Shown here piece after piece: positions 1-10,509 of a DNA stretch of 64,000 bases. Location: contig OY970280.1 in assembly GCA_963715865.1 (NCBI GenBank), forward strand, positions 1,824,001 through 1,888,000, in the 5' to 3' direction. Source of the stretch: Candidatus Bathyarchaeota archaeon (lineage in GTDB: Archaea > Thermoproteota > Bathyarchaeia > Bathyarchaeales > Bathycorpusculaceae). A program made the position numbers and the translations under genes. The notes beneath the pieces were generated by a model that was not told the DNA's origin, searched no databases, and saw only the letters and a program-made list of their open reading frames with translations. The first letter of the stretch is position 1, and every line of letters starts with the position of its first letter.

Positions 1-696
1 ATTTTGGAACACGTTTCGTCCAATGGAAAGTCCTGCAGCTCCAGCTTTTATTGAGTCGTGTGCGGTTTGGAGGATTTCTTGGGATGTTTTGCATTTTGGT
101 CCTCCTGCAATTACTACTGGAACTGGACAGCTTTCGATGACTGTCTTGAACGTATCTATGTTGCCCGTGAAGTTTGCTTTGATTATGTCTGCGCCTAGTT
201 CAGCGCCGATTCTCGCTGCGTGGGCTACTACGTCGGGTGCATGTTCGTTTTGTATTTTTGGTCCGCGAGGGTACATCATTGCGAGCAGTGGCATACCGTA
301 TACTTCGCATTCGTCGGCTACTTTGCCTAGGGTACTTAGCATTTTGTCCTCGTCTTGTGCACCAACGTTAACGTGTACGGAGACTGCGTCCGCGCCTATG
401 CGTATGGCTTCTTGAACAGTGCATACTTGGACTTTACTGTTTATGTTCGGGCTAAGGTTTGACATTCCTGATAACTGCACTATTAAACCTGCGTTTCCAG
501 CGTCAACATGTTTGGCTATGCCTTTGTGGACTAGTACTGCGTCAACTCCGCCTTTGAGGAGTTGGTTGATTATTTGTTGCATGTTGATTATTCCTTGGAT
601 TGGTCCTATTGTTACGCCGTGGTCCATGGGTACGATTACTGTGCGGTTGTCTTGTTGCATGATTCTTTTTAATCGTCGGGTTTTTCCTGGGTTCAT
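1..696 (-). CDS. aroA': 2-amino-3,7-dideoxy-D-threo-hept-6-ulosonate (ADH) synthase / DhnA-type class I aldolase, 3' end runs off the window; not in ORF track
   Basis: Manual translation from ATG at 696: MNPGKTRRLKRIMQQDNRTVIVPMDHGVTIGP...GADAVSVHVNVG...MPLLAMMYPRG...AARIGAELGADIIK...PVVIAGGPK...GLSIGRNVFQ. Lies directly downstream of aspartate kinase, which feeds its substrate aspartate semialdehyde. Confidence 0.85.
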   Translation of the reverse strand, partial: MNPGKTRRLKRIMQQDNRTVIVPMDHGVTIGPIQGIINMQQIINQLLKGGVDAVLVHKGIAKHVDAGNAGLIVQLSGMSNLSPNINSKVQVCTVQEAIRIGADAVSVHVNVGAQDEDKMLSTLGKVADECEVYGMPLLAMMYPRGPKIQNEHAPDVVAHAARIGAELGADIIKANFTGNIDTFKTVIESCPVPVVIAGGPKCKTSQEILQTAHDSIKAGAAGLSIGRNVFQN

Positions 697-712
697 GTTC
701 TTTCACCTTTGT

Positions 713-1951
713 TTATTTGGGATTCCTTAATGAGTTTTTAATTAATTTCAAGGCTCTTTCACGCTCATTCCAATCTACGAAGAGCAGGATGCTTGATGTT
801 ATGGTTAGTATACCTGAAATGTTTATGCCGCTGAGTCTGAGGTCTTCGCTGATTTTTCCTATTATGCCATGTGTCTCTTCTAAGCCAACACCGCTTGTTT
901 TTATGAAGACTAGGTCTTTTTTGACCGCCATTGCTATGGTTTCTTTGTTGCTCTTTGTGATGTCATGAATGTCATTGAAGAGTGAATCTAAGTTTTTCTC
1001 TTGAGAAACGTAGAGTATAACTGAATTTGTGTTCATTGACATGCCAAGAAGCAAAGAGTGCTGTTTAGTTTTTTCCACCATTTCTTGGATGATTTGGGGG
1101 TTTGCGGAGATACCGTTTCCGATTACTGTTATTTCAGCAACTGGAAAAGCATGTGCTATTTCCGCGTCTAGTTCGGTTGCTAATGCTCCTGTGATAACTG
1201 TGCCTTCTTTCGAAAGGTTGCCATGTACGTGGTTGATTACCCTGACGTTGATGTTTTTAGGCTTGTACTTTAAGGCTTTACTGTGAATAAATTTGGCTCC
1301 TGAATCGGCAAGACCTACCACAGTGTTAACGTCGATTTCTCTGAGGCGTTCTGGGTTGGAGACGATTTTTGGGTCACCTGACATTATGCCATCTGCATCA
1401 GTAACTAAGACAATTTCATCAGCGTTTAAGGCTTCAGCTAGGATAAACGCGGTTGTGTCGCTTCCACCTCTTCCAAGAGTGGTGATTTTGCCGTCTTTGG
1501 TTTTGCCGAGGAAGCCTGCGACTACTGGTATGACGCCTTTTTCTATGATTGGCGATATGCATTCGCGGATGTTTTTTTCGCAGTCTTTCAGAATTGGGTT
1601 GGCGTTTTGGAATGCTGAGTCGGTTATTATTGGCCAGTTGTTGTCGATTGGGTCGAAGTAGCAGGATTCTGCACCGTTTGAGTTTAGCGCAGCAGCGAAT
1701 ATTCTTATGCTGGTTCTTTCACCCATTGAGAGGATGTCGTCTAAGTCTTTTTTTTCTAGTTTCCCATTGGAAGCGTGTTTCACGGTGGTCATGAGCACAT
1801 CGGTTGTTTTGCCCATGGCAGAAACTACAACGGCGATGCGTGTGCCTTTTTTGGCTTCGTTCACTACGGCAACTACCGCTTTTAAGAGCCTCTCGTGATC
1901 CGCTAAGCTGGAACCACCAAATTTAACCACAATTTTTTTGTTATTTTCCAT
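713..1951 (-). CDS. lysC: Aspartate kinase with C-terminal ACT-like domains
   Basis: VVKFGGSS, VVVSAMGKTTD, TTLGRGGSDTTA, TDADGIMSGDP motifs. Confidence 0.95.
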   Translation of the reverse strand: MENNKKIVVKFGGSSLADHERLLKAVVAVVNEAKKGTRIAVVVSAMGKTTDVLMTTVKHASNGKLEKKDLDDILSMGERTSIRIFAAALNSNGAESCYFDPIDNNWPIITDSAFQNANPILKDCEKNIRECISPIIEKGVIPVVAGFLGKTKDGKITTLGRGGSDTTAFILAEALNADEIVLVTDADGIMSGDPKIVSNPERLREIDVNTVVGLADSGAKFIHSKALKYKPKNINVRVINHVHGNLSKEGTVITGALATELDAEIAHAFPVAEITVIGNGISANPQIIQEMVEKTKQHSLLLGMSMNTNSVILYVSQEKNLDSLFNDIHDITKSNKETIAMAVKKDLVFIKTSGVGLEETHGIIGKISEDLRLSGINISGILTITSSILLFVDWNERERALKLIKNSLRNPK

Positions 1952-2258
1952 TTGTTACACCCACTTTTCGCCCAGAACTTTTCTTAAAATTTTTTCAGTT
2001 CTGAGCTTAGTTAAAATAGTAATAATAAAAGTAGTAGTCGAAGCTAAGGAACTGTGATGCACTGTTTTCTTTCTTGCTTTTGCAATTAGACATTTTAGCT
2101 TCGAACCTTGCTGAATGAGACATTCTCCAGAAAATATAAGCGTTTCGGCGTTTCAGAAATTTACTACACTTCAACCGATAACTCCCAACTTGCTTTTGCA
2201 TTAGAGTATAGTCTTTATCAAGTTGACAGTGCATAAAAGAATCTAAGAAGGTAGTCCA

Positions 2259-3095
2259 ATGAAAACGCAAACACAAAACGACTGGCAAGAAATCCTCATC
2301 CAATGCAAAAACAACGTGCAAACCAGCATACAACCATGCCTCAAAACCTTAAGGGAACCTCAACCTGACTTGGGCACGGGTGCTGGTGGAGACGCTATGA
2401 AGCCGGTGGATTTGGCTGCTGAAACAGCAATCGTTGAAACCCTAAAGCAGCATAACGTTTCCTTCACGTTAGTTAGTGAAGAGTCAGGAGTAAAAAAATT
2501 CGGCATGACCCCTGGCGAGTGCTATGTGACGGTTGACCCGATAGATGGAACCACAAACTTGTTGCATGGTTTGCCCTTCTATGCCTGTTCAATTGCAGTT
2601 TCCCGCAAGCCTGCCGTGGCGGATGTTTATGCTGGGCTGGTTGTTGACCTTTTCCACGATGTAACGTATACTGCGTTTAAGGGCAAAGGAGCATATCGGG
2701 ATGGCGAAAAAATAGAAACCTCAAAAATAGTTTCTTTGGACGAGGCAATTGTAGGCTTAGACCTAAACACTTACAAAGTTAAACAAGTCGCACCTAAATT
2801 AACCGCTTTAATTGAGAAAACCAAGCATATCCGACACTTTGGCGCTAACGCACTTGAACTCTGCTATGTGGCTAATGGTTTGACAGACGCCTTTGTTGAC
2901 ATGCGCGGAAAACTGCGCACGACAGATGTAGCTGCTGGCTTTCTCATCATCAAAGAGGCAGGCGGAATAGTAACGACCCCAGAAAATCAAGCGTTAAACG
3001 TTGAATTGGATCCTAAGCAAACGCTGAGTTTCATAGCTTCAGGCAACATGCAAATTCACAAAAAAATCATAAGCTTGGTTAAATCCGCATGCTAA
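2259..3095 (+). CDS. suhB: Inositol monophosphatase / FBPase family protein
   Basis: SEESG, DPIDGT, RHFGANALELCYVA, DVAAG motifs. Confidence 0.9.
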   Translation: MKTQTQNDWQEILIQCKNNVQTSIQPCLKTLREPQPDLGTGAGGDAMKPVDLAAETAIVETLKQHNVSFTLVSEESGVKKFGMTPGECYVTVDPIDGTTNLLHGLPFYACSIAVSRKPAVADVYAGLVVDLFHDVTYTAFKGKGAYRDGEKIETSKIVSLDEAIVGLDLNTYKVKQVAPKLTALIEKTKHIRHFGANALELCYVANGLTDAFVDMRGKLRTTDVAAGFLIIKEAGGIVTTPENQALNVELDPKQTLSFIASGNMQIHKKIISLVKSAC

Positions 3096-3931
3096 ATTTA
3101 CTTTTGCCCCACCCTGCCGCTCTCATAAAAACCGAAAAAACTAAAACTCTCCTTATCGCTGACCTGCATATTGGCTGGGAAATTGCGCTGCAAAAAAAAG
3201 GCATCCATGTACCAAGCCAAACGCCAAAAATTCTCAACAAATTAACTGCGATAATCACAAAATACAAGCCAGAGCAGCTGGTTATTCTTGGCGACGTAAA
3301 ATACACGGTTGTTTCAAGCGAACTGGGCGAGTGGCAAGATGTTCCCGATTTTTTTACCAAATTACAAGGCTACATCGGCGACATAGCTATTGTACGTGGT
3401 AACCATGATGCCAATATTGAACCGCTTCTGCCAGAGAACATCAAGCTTCTTCCCGCAACAGGAGCAGTAATTGGTGACGTAGGCGTTTTTCATGGTCACA
3501 AATGGCCGTCACCAGCCTTGCTGAAATGCAAAACATTGGTTATGGGGCATTTGCATCCCGTAGTTGTTTTCCGTGACCCAGCAGGCTTTAAAATTACAAG
3601 GCAAGTGTGGATGAAAGTAAACTGCAACATCGAAGCCTTAGCAAAGATTTTCTTGCAAAAACAAAACGTAAAAATCGAAGGCACAGTGGCAAAAACGCTA
3701 CAGAAGCACTATAATATTAAGCTGAAGACGAGGGAGATTCTCATAATGCCCAGTTTCAACGATTTCTTAGGCGGCAGACCAGTAAACGAAACAAGACCCA
3801 GAAAAGAAGTCGGCAGTGAAGCATTGATTGGACCTGTTTTGCGCTCGGAAGCCGTGGATGTGGATAATTCTGAGCTTTACCTTTTGGACGGCACATACTT
3901 GGGGACATTAAATCAGTTGAGAAGCTTATGA
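3089..3931 (+). CDS. Metallophosphoesterase (calcineurin-like superfamily)
   Basis: ADLHIG, LGDVK, RGNHD, FHGH, GHLHP motifs; overlaps suhB stop. Confidence 0.9.
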   Translation: MLNLLLPHPAALIKTEKTKTLLIADLHIGWEIALQKKGIHVPSQTPKILNKLTAIITKYKPEQLVILGDVKYTVVSSELGEWQDVPDFFTKLQGYIGDIAIVRGNHDANIEPLLPENIKLLPATGAVIGDVGVFHGHKWPSPALLKCKTLVMGHLHPVVVFRDPAGFKITRQVWMKVNCNIEALAKIFLQKQNVKIEGTVAKTLQKHYNIKLKTREILIMPSFNDFLGGRPVNETRPRKEVGSEALIGPVLRSEAVDVDNSELYLLDGTYLGTLNQLRSL

Positions 3932-3968
3932 ATTAGTTAGGGATTGCTGGTTAACTCTTATATTTACC

Positions 3969-3989
3969 GCATGTTATATGCATGTTATA
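3969..3989 (+). promoter_or_regulatory. Tandem direct repeat GCATGTTATA x2 (11-bp period), probable operator of the downstream RHH gene
   Basis: Exact 10-mers at 3969-3978 and 3980-3989, between a TATA-like CTTATATT (~3956-3963) and the RHH start. Confidence 0.5.
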
Positions 3990-4010
3990 GTTTGAGGGAG
4001 GAAAAATAAA

Positions 4011-4166
4011 GTGAAACTCGTAACAGTCCTGTTACCAGAAGCTTATCTGGAAGGTTTAGATGAACTAGTCCGTGCAAACATGTATCCAAGCAGAAGCAGC
4101 GTCATAAGGTCTGCAGTGCGTGATTTGCTGAAGAAAGAGCTTTGGGAGCAAAAACGCGGAAGATAA
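4011..4166 (+). CDS. Ribbon-helix-helix (CopG/CdrS-like) transcription regulator, 51 aa; not in ORF track
   Basis: GTG start after GAGGGAGG: MKLVTVLLPEAYLEGLDELVRANMYPSRSSVIRSAVRDLLKKELWEQKRGR. Confidence 0.9.
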   Translation: MKLVTVLLPEAYLEGLDELVRANMYPSRSSVIRSAVRDLLKKELWEQKRGR

Positions 4167-4174
4167 AACCGCAC

Positions 4175-4942
4175 CTATATCCCTTTTACTGAATCGCAAA
4201 GCCTTCGTGCTGCTTGAGCCGGGTCGCCTGCCATAGTGATTTCTCGCCCAACAATGAGGTAGCTAGCGCCTGCTTTAACTGCAGTTTCCGCTGCTCCGCC
4301 TTGTACGCCTATGCCAGGCGAGTAAATGGGGACGATTTGCCCAAGAATATGCTTTATCTCAGCTATTTTTTGAGGATAAGTTGCGCCAACCACTGCTCCG
4401 TCAGCATTCCATTTCAAAGCTTTTTTGGCAAAAGAAACATACTGCAGGGTTTGCTCGCCTGTTTCTGAATCGATTATTGTTTGGCCGTAGCCTTCACTTG
4501 CGCCTTTGTGGCTCATGTAACAGAGAAGAATGACACCTCGGTCAAGGCGTTTTGAAACTTCAAAGAGCGGTTTTAAGCCTTCGTTCCAGCCAACAAACGG
4601 GTTAGCGATTAAAGCGTCAAAACCTGCCGAGTAATAATATTCTGCGATGACTTGGTTTGTGGCGCCTATGTCGTTTACTTTAGCATCCATAATTGCCAAT
4701 AGCCCTTGACCGCGAATTTGCTCAACCAGTTGCTGCACGCCGTCAAAGGTGCCGAGCGGAAGAACAAGATGATGATTTATTTTAACCGCACAAATATAGG
4801 GATGAACGGCTTTGAGAATTTTTTGGGCCTTCGCCAAAACTTTGTTTCGGTTCCCTGGAGTCTCATACGGAAAATCCAACGCTAAAACAATTGGTGAATT
4901 CTTACTCTTGGCTGCTTCTTGCATTTTCGCTTTAAACGACAT
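4175..4942 (-). CDS. pyrF: Orotidine-5'-phosphate decarboxylase
   Basis: LALD, DAKVNDIGAT, SPGIGVQGG, LIVGREI motifs. Confidence 0.95.
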   Translation of the reverse strand: MSFKAKMQEAAKSKNSPIVLALDFPYETPGNRNKVLAKAQKILKAVHPYICAVKINHHLVLPLGTFDGVQQLVEQIRGQGLLAIMDAKVNDIGATNQVIAEYYYSAGFDALIANPFVGWNEGLKPLFEVSKRLDRGVILLCYMSHKGASEGYGQTIIDSETGEQTLQYVSFAKKALKWNADGAVVGATYPQKIAEIKHILGQIVPIYSPGIGVQGGAAETAVKAGASYLIVGREITMAGDPAQAARRLCDSVKGI

Positions 4943-5292
4943 TGGTAATGCCTCTTGCTGTATCCTGTTGAGCGATTAGCTATTTCATTTTTTCGTCTGC
5001 TCCTGTCATTTTGCTTATTGTACCAAACTTTCCTTTTTGCGTAAACTCAAATCTAAATCAACCAACAGAACACTCGTTACTAAAGTTGTTCATCGCCCCG
5101 ACAGCTTAAGCATATTTGGATCATCTAGTAGACCCGGGGGTAGGCTAATGCGCACACACATATCGAAAGCAAAAAGCCAGTAAACTAAACATAAAAAATT
5201 CATGATAAGCTTAATTTCCCTCCTCAAACAGGCATATAACAATAAGTGCAAGCTTACTCCATAAATTTGCACTACTTGCAAGGGAAAAACAG

Positions 5293-7218
5293 ATGAAAAA
5301 CACCGTTACGGAAAAAGTTATCGCTCAACACTTAGCCGAAGGAAAAATGGTTCCTAGCGAAGAAATTGCCTTAAAAATAGATCACACACTAACTCAGGAT
5401 TCCACAGGCACCTTAGCTTACCTTGAGTTTGAAGCCATGGGTGTTCCAAAAGTCAAAACCAAGCTAAGCCTAAGCTTCGTTGACCACAACATGCTTCAGA
5501 ACGATTTCAGGAACGCGGATGACCACCGCTACTTGCAAGGAGTCGCAGCCAAATACGGCATTGTTTTCTCGCGTCCAGGCAACGGCATCTGTCACCAACT
5601 CTATCTTGAACGATTTGCCCAACCGTCCCTAACGCTTTTGGGAAGCGACAGCCACACTCCAACCGCAGGCGGCATGGGCATGATTGCCATCGGCGCTGGA
5701 GGACTCGATGTTGCCGCAGCCATGGCTGGAGAACCCTTCTACCTTGAAATGCCCAGTATCTTAGGTGTAAATTTGACTGGGAAGCTTTCGCCTTTTGTTT
5801 CAGCCAAAGACGTTATTTTGCAAGTGCTCAAAGAATTGACTGTGAAGGGTGGAGTAAACAAGATTCTGGAATACTTTGGCGCAGGAGTTAAAACACTGAG
5901 CGTACCTGAACGAGGAACCATAGCGAATATGGGCACCGAAACAGGAGCCACAACATCCATTTTCCCATCCGACGAAACAACAAGGGCTTTCCTGCGTGGA
6001 CAAGGAAGAGAAAACCAGTGGACAGAGCTCAAAGCAGATGACGCTGTAAAATACAGCGAAATCCTTGATGTAGACCTTAATGCGGTTGAACCGTTAATAG
6101 CGTTGCCTCACAGCCCAGACAACGTTAAACCAGTAAGCGAAGTTGAAGGAACACCTGTAGACCAAGTATGCATCGGCAGCTGCACCAACTCGTCGCTTAG
6201 AGACTTAAAAATTGTCTCCGCCCTGCTGAAAGGCAAAAAAATCGGTGATAACGTCAGCCTCACCATTTCGCCCGGTTCAAGACAAGCCTTACAAAACCTA
6301 GCAGCCACAGGCGAACTTGAGCCTTTAATTCAGTCAGGCGCCAGAATACTTGAAAACGCTTGCGGTCCATGCATTGGAATTGGGCAAGCTCCGACAACTG
6401 AGGGCGTGTCGCTTCGAACGTTTAACCGCAACTTTAAAGGCCGCTCTGGAACACAGAATGCCAAAGTTTACCTGGTTAGCCCAGAAACAGCAGTTGCATC
6501 AGCTATTACTGGTGAAATTACGGATCCGCGAAAACTCGGCAAATACCCAGAGATTAGCTTGCCTGAAAGGTTTGTGCTGAGCGATAACATGTTTATTTAC
6601 CCGACTACAAAGGCAACATCCCGTGTCGCGATGGGACCCAACATTAAACCCTTACCATCATTCAAGCCGATACCCGACCGATTAACTGGTGAAGTGTTGC
6701 TAAAGCTTGGCGACAACGTTTCAACCGACGACATTTTGCCAGGAGGCACAGAAATCATGTCCCTGAGAAGCAACATTCCCGAAATAAGCAAATACACTTT
6801 CTGCCGCGTTGACATAACTTTTGCCGCCCGTGCCCTCGAGAAAAACGGTGGGTTCCTCGTCGGCGGCGAAAATTACGGTCAAGGCTCATCACGGGAACAC
6901 GCTGCGTTGGCGCCTAAATACCTTGGCGTAAAAGCTGTTATAGCCAAATCTTTCGCTAGAATACATATGGCTAACTTAGTTAATTTCGGAATTCTACCCT
7001 TAACCTTCGCCGATAAACAGGATTATTCAGGCTTCTCGCAGGGTGACGTGTTGGATTTGGATGTTAAAGACTTTAACGGGCGCTTACTTGTGAAGAACCT
7101 GACTAAGGGTACAAAAATAGAGGTTGCCTTAAGCCTCAGCGAGTTAGAGAGGGGCATTGTTAAAGCAGGCGGAAAACTAGCCGCTATAAAAGCAAAGCAA
7201 AACATAAAACAGCTTTAA
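5293..7218 (+). CDS. Single-chain aconitate hydratase (short archaeal/Aquifex-type aconitase family)
   Basis: DHTLTQD, GICHQ, DSHT, IGSCTNS, CGPCIG, TFNRNF, GSSREHA, swivel domain. Confidence 0.9.
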   Translation: MKNTVTEKVIAQHLAEGKMVPSEEIALKIDHTLTQDSTGTLAYLEFEAMGVPKVKTKLSLSFVDHNMLQNDFRNADDHRYLQGVAAKYGIVFSRPGNGICHQLYLERFAQPSLTLLGSDSHTPTAGGMGMIAIGAGGLDVAAAMAGEPFYLEMPSILGVNLTGKLSPFVSAKDVILQVLKELTVKGGVNKILEYFGAGVKTLSVPERGTIANMGTETGATTSIFPSDETTRAFLRGQGRENQWTELKADDAVKYSEILDVDLNAVEPLIALPHSPDNVKPVSEVEGTPVDQVCIGSCTNSSLRDLKIVSALLKGKKIGDNVSLTISPGSRQALQNLAATGELEPLIQSGARILENACGPCIGIGQAPTTEGVSLRTFNRNFKGRSGTQNAKVYLVSPETAVASAITGEITDPRKLGKYPEISLPERFVLSDNMFIYPTTKATSRVAMGPNIKPLPSFKPIPDRLTGEVLLKLGDNVSTDDILPGGTEIMSLRSNIPEISKYTFCRVDITFAARALEKNGGFLVGGENYGQGSSREHAALAPKYLGVKAVIAKSFARIHMANLVNFGILPLTFADKQDYSGFSQGDVLDLDVKDFNGRLLVKNLTKGTKIEVALSLSELERGIVKAGGKLAAIKAKQNIKQL

Positions 7219-7336
7219 TTTAAAAATGATTTTTAGTTAAGAGCTGTATTATTTCGCCAACTTAATCTTGATACTGCCATAAAGTGTAGCCTTGGAAGCC
7301 TCTTTTTGTGTAGTGGCGTTATTAAAAAGAAGGCGG

Positions 7337-8011
7337 TTAAACGCCCCAAACTGTTGAATTAGTAAGTGTCCAAGTGATGATTAAGTTGTATTGCGGGTTG
7401 TTGTAATATTGAATGTTGGTTAAGTCATCGAGCATCCCGGTTTGTTTATCGAAATAGACGCTCATTAAGTTATCTTGCACTGTATTACCTGTTGGGTCGT
7501 TAACATCGGTAAATACGTTTTCTATTGACCAGTAATTTGTTTGTCTAGTACCGGTAGAATATGTTTGAGGGCCGGTGCTGTTAACGATGAGTCCAGTATT
7601 AGCTTCCTTAGGGTAAAGCATATTATTTGCATTAAGGTTTGAAGGGTAAATAGCCCAGAAGGCGCCACTATTGTTACCTGTCGCCAAATTGGCCCATTCT
7701 GAGCTTTGAATTGCTGTTCCATTGGTGAATTGCCATACTGTATCAAACGAGACTACGGAGCCATCGATTCCTGTTATGGTGACTTGGTAGTAGTCTGTAT
7801 TGTTATATTCCGAGAGATAGGCTGGAGTTACTGCGTCTGAACTAAATAAAACTGAATAGCCCATTAGTTTGTAAGTGAACGTGTCACCAACATTGACACC
7901 AACCGACTTAGAAGCCTGTGTTATATAGACTATTGCAGCAGTTGCAATACCTAGTATAACTAAGAGAAAGATGGCAATATACACTTTCTTAGTTATAGTC
8001 TTCTTAGTCAT
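7337..8011 (-). CDS. Secreted or membrane-anchored hypothetical protein
   Basis: Basic N-terminus plus hydrophobic helix, Thr/Asn-rich beta-like ectodomain. Confidence 0.7.
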   Translation of the reverse strand: MTKKTITKKVYIAIFLLVILGIATAAIVYITQASKSVGVNVGDTFTYKLMGYSVLFSSDAVTPAYLSEYNNTDYYQVTITGIDGSVVSFDTVWQFTNGTAIQSSEWANLATGNNSGAFWAIYPSNLNANNMLYPKEANTGLIVNSTGPQTYSTGTRQTNYWSIENVFTDVNDPTGNTVQDNLMSVYFDKQTGMLDDLTNIQYYNNPQYNLIITWTLTNSTVWGV

Positions 8012-8196
8012 AACTTTATCAGTGCAGTATTCGGGTATTTAGTTGTTTTCCCAAAAGGTCATCACAAAAAAGGCATGGGCTGAATTGCAGAAAGAAAACA
8101 ATTGTTGATTTCTATAACGAAAGAATTTAGCAAGTTAATTAGGTAAATTTAAGAGAAAGCAAAAGAACTGTTCTATAAAAAATTCGGTGAAAAAAC

Positions 8197-9240
8197 TTGT
8201 ATTGTCATAAATGTGGTGCGCAACTTCCAGATGATGCAGCGTTCTGTGTCAAATGCGGAACAAGCACGGGATTAAATACTCCTAAGCCAACTGTAGCTTC
8301 TACTTCATCTGTTGTTGCGCCTTCTGGAGTAACATCGTTGAAATGTCCCAGTTGCGGTGCGCCTATTTCACCCAAGTTTGGAGAGATGGTCATAACCTGC
8401 GAGTATTGCGGCAGCGGAGTCACTCTTGGAACTCAAGGTTGGACTAACATACAGAAGCAGACAATGCTTGCCTTGAAGGTTGCCAGCGTTGACGAAGTGA
8501 ATTCAATAATCACGCCGATGATGGACAAGGGTCTTCTGCACAGACACCTTCACGAAGACTCCAAGCAGGAGGAAATGAGCCTCACATACGTGCCTTACTG
8601 GATTGTGAGCGTCTCTGCGCGCACGTCCGTTGTCGCTACGGATGAAACGGCCCAAATTGCACAGACTGCTTCAACCGCCTTGCTAATGGGCGTGATATTC
8701 GGCGGGATGAGTGGGGGTTTCGGAGGAGGACGCAGGCGCCTTTTTGAGGGTGGATCAGGAACAGGCGGCTTGTTGACCGGCGCTCTTGGGTTGGGGCGGA
8801 TGCGGATAATGGCTTTTGGAATGGGGATGGGATACGGCGGCGGAATGAAAAAGACCGAACAAATGGACGCGAACTACAACTTCCCTGTAATTGCGCTAAA
8901 GGCTCTCACGGACTATCAGCCGCGGGACTACCAATTCAATCTCGAAGGCAGAGAGCTGTTTGACATTTCCAAGTTGCCCAAGGACGTTAAGATCCTCAAC
9001 GGAGACATCAGCGAAGACGTTGCCAAATCCCAAGCAAAGACCTTGGTCGATCAGCTCCAATCACAAAAAGCACACGCGAAATATCACATGATCCAATCGA
9101 TAAACACTGAGTCGGATGTCGGGGACGTGGAGCTGCTCCACGCTCCAGTATGGTTCGCGAAGTACGATCACAAGGGGAACAAAATCGTGCTGGTCATTGA
9201 TGCCAACTCTGGCAGAGTGATCAACAGTCTCGGCCTCTGA
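8197..9240 (+). CDS. Zinc-ribbon protein with glycine-rich hydrophobic insert
   Basis: CHKC..CVKC and CPSC..CEYC pairs; YVPYW and APVWFAKY...IDANSG motifs; Gly/Met-rich central segment. Confidence 0.8.
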   Translation: MYCHKCGAQLPDDAAFCVKCGTSTGLNTPKPTVASTSSVVAPSGVTSLKCPSCGAPISPKFGEMVITCEYCGSGVTLGTQGWTNIQKQTMLALKVASVDEVNSIITPMMDKGLLHRHLHEDSKQEEMSLTYVPYWIVSVSARTSVVATDETAQIAQTASTALLMGVIFGGMSGGFGGGRRRLFEGGSGTGGLLTGALGLGRMRIMAFGMGMGYGGGMKKTEQMDANYNFPVIALKALTDYQPRDYQFNLEGRELFDISKLPKDVKILNGDISEDVAKSQAKTLVDQLQSQKAHAKYHMIQSINTESDVGDVELLHAPVWFAKYDHKGNKIVLVIDANSGRVINSLGL

Positions 9241-9340
9241 GAGCGGCAGCGCGCGAGGCTGTGATTCGACTATCAATAAAGAGTTTGGACTAGGACAAAA
9301 TATAGCACAGCACACAGGTTCCTGAAGTCTTAACTGGGAA

Positions 9341-9976
9341 CTATTCTTCTTTTTTTGTCAATACTTGACGCTTTTTTGCGAGAAACACGTTCCACGATGA
9401 GTTAGCTTTAGTGATTACTTGAACATCCGCAAAACCAACAGAGTACATAATATTTCGGATTTCTTCCAGCGGGAAAAGGCGCACATGCGTTTGTTCAATC
9501 ATTTTTGCATGTTCAACCTCATACGCTCCGTCCTTCGCCATTTCACTCACCACAAGCAGTGTTCCATTTGGCTTTAACACCCTTTTTATTTCTTGCAAAG
9601 CAGCAGGAAGGCTAGGCCAGAAATAATAGGTTTCAAAAGCGGTTACTAAATCAAAGAAATTATCGGGAAAGGTCATTTTTTCAACTGAACCTTCGATGAT
9701 TTCCACGCGGCTTTCGGCAATTAACTGTTTGTTCACTTTTTTGGAGTATCTCACCATATCAGCTGAATAGTCAATGCCGAAAACTTTTCCTTGAACCGCC
9801 CGCTGAGCCAGTCTGCTAACCGTTTTTCCTCCTCCACAACCCACATCCAAAATTACACAGTCGGGGTCAATGTTCACCTGTGATAGCCCCCATAAGGATA
9901 ACGGTTTATGGCCTTGATTCATAAAGGCGGCAATCAACCTGCCGCGAAGACCCGTTGGGCGTTTGAATTGTTCCAT
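9341..9976 (-). CDS. Class I SAM-dependent methyltransferase
   Basis: ILDVGCGGG, GIDYS, FDLVTAFET, RVLKPNG. Confidence 0.9.
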   Translation of the reverse strand: MEQFKRPTGLRGRLIAAFMNQGHKPLSLWGLSQVNIDPDCVILDVGCGGGKTVSRLAQRAVQGKVFGIDYSADMVRYSKKVNKQLIAESRVEIIEGSVEKMTFPDNFFDLVTAFETYYFWPSLPAALQEIKRVLKPNGTLLVVSEMAKDGAYEVEHAKMIEQTHVRLFPLEEIRNIMYSVGFADVQVITKANSSWNVFLAKKRQVLTKKEE

Positions 9977-10065
9977 TAACCCGAATATGATGCACCTTCA
10001 GGTTTTTGATTACCGAGACAAAAGTAACCTAATAAAGTTTATGTCTCTTCCAAAAGTGGAAATTT

Positions 10066-10398
10066 AAGAACAGCTACACAAGAGAGCTATGAACGGCTTG
10101 ACGGTTTTGATTGTTAGACTCTCATTAATTTTGCAATGCCTCCAAATCTTCTCGAGCACAAACCATAATAATTTAGGGACAAGCCAGCGCGCTTCTACAC
10201 TTGTGCGCTCGTCTCTTTTTTCCTGTGAATACACATGTGATACCTAAAATCCTAAAAAGGCAATAAGGATTCCTGACGTTGTGGTTAGCCCTGTGACTGC
10301 GTTGGAAACATAAGTGCTTCTGGTGAATGATTGGCAATTATGCCTAATCCAAACACAATAACGCTTACTGTTATTAGTATTCCAGAACTTTCAGCCAT
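10066..10398 (-). pseudogene. Possible decayed membrane-protein gene
   Basis: MAESSGILITVSVIVFGLGIIANHSPE, then after a frameshift SNAVTGLTTTSGILIAFLGF followed by an in-frame TAG; 3' limit approximate. Confidence 0.3.
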
Positions 10399-10509
10399 TC
10401 AAAATGTATTTCAACCATGTGTTTGAGGTTGCTGCCTTGGTGGAGTTACAGACGGTGAAGGATGCTTAGAAGTTTTGACGCAAATAGGATAAAAGTCCAA
10501 TGAAAAAAG

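Noticed and set aside
23-730. ORF-track + strand ORFs 23-415 and 419-730, and the many similar antisense ORFs across the window
   Set aside because: They are shadows of well-supported genes on the opposite strand or in another frame.
5100-5200. Possible structured RNA or tRNA 5' fragment upstream of aconitase (CCCGGGGGTAGGCTAATG)
   Set aside because: No anticodon or T arm and no convincing fold; the similarity is too short.
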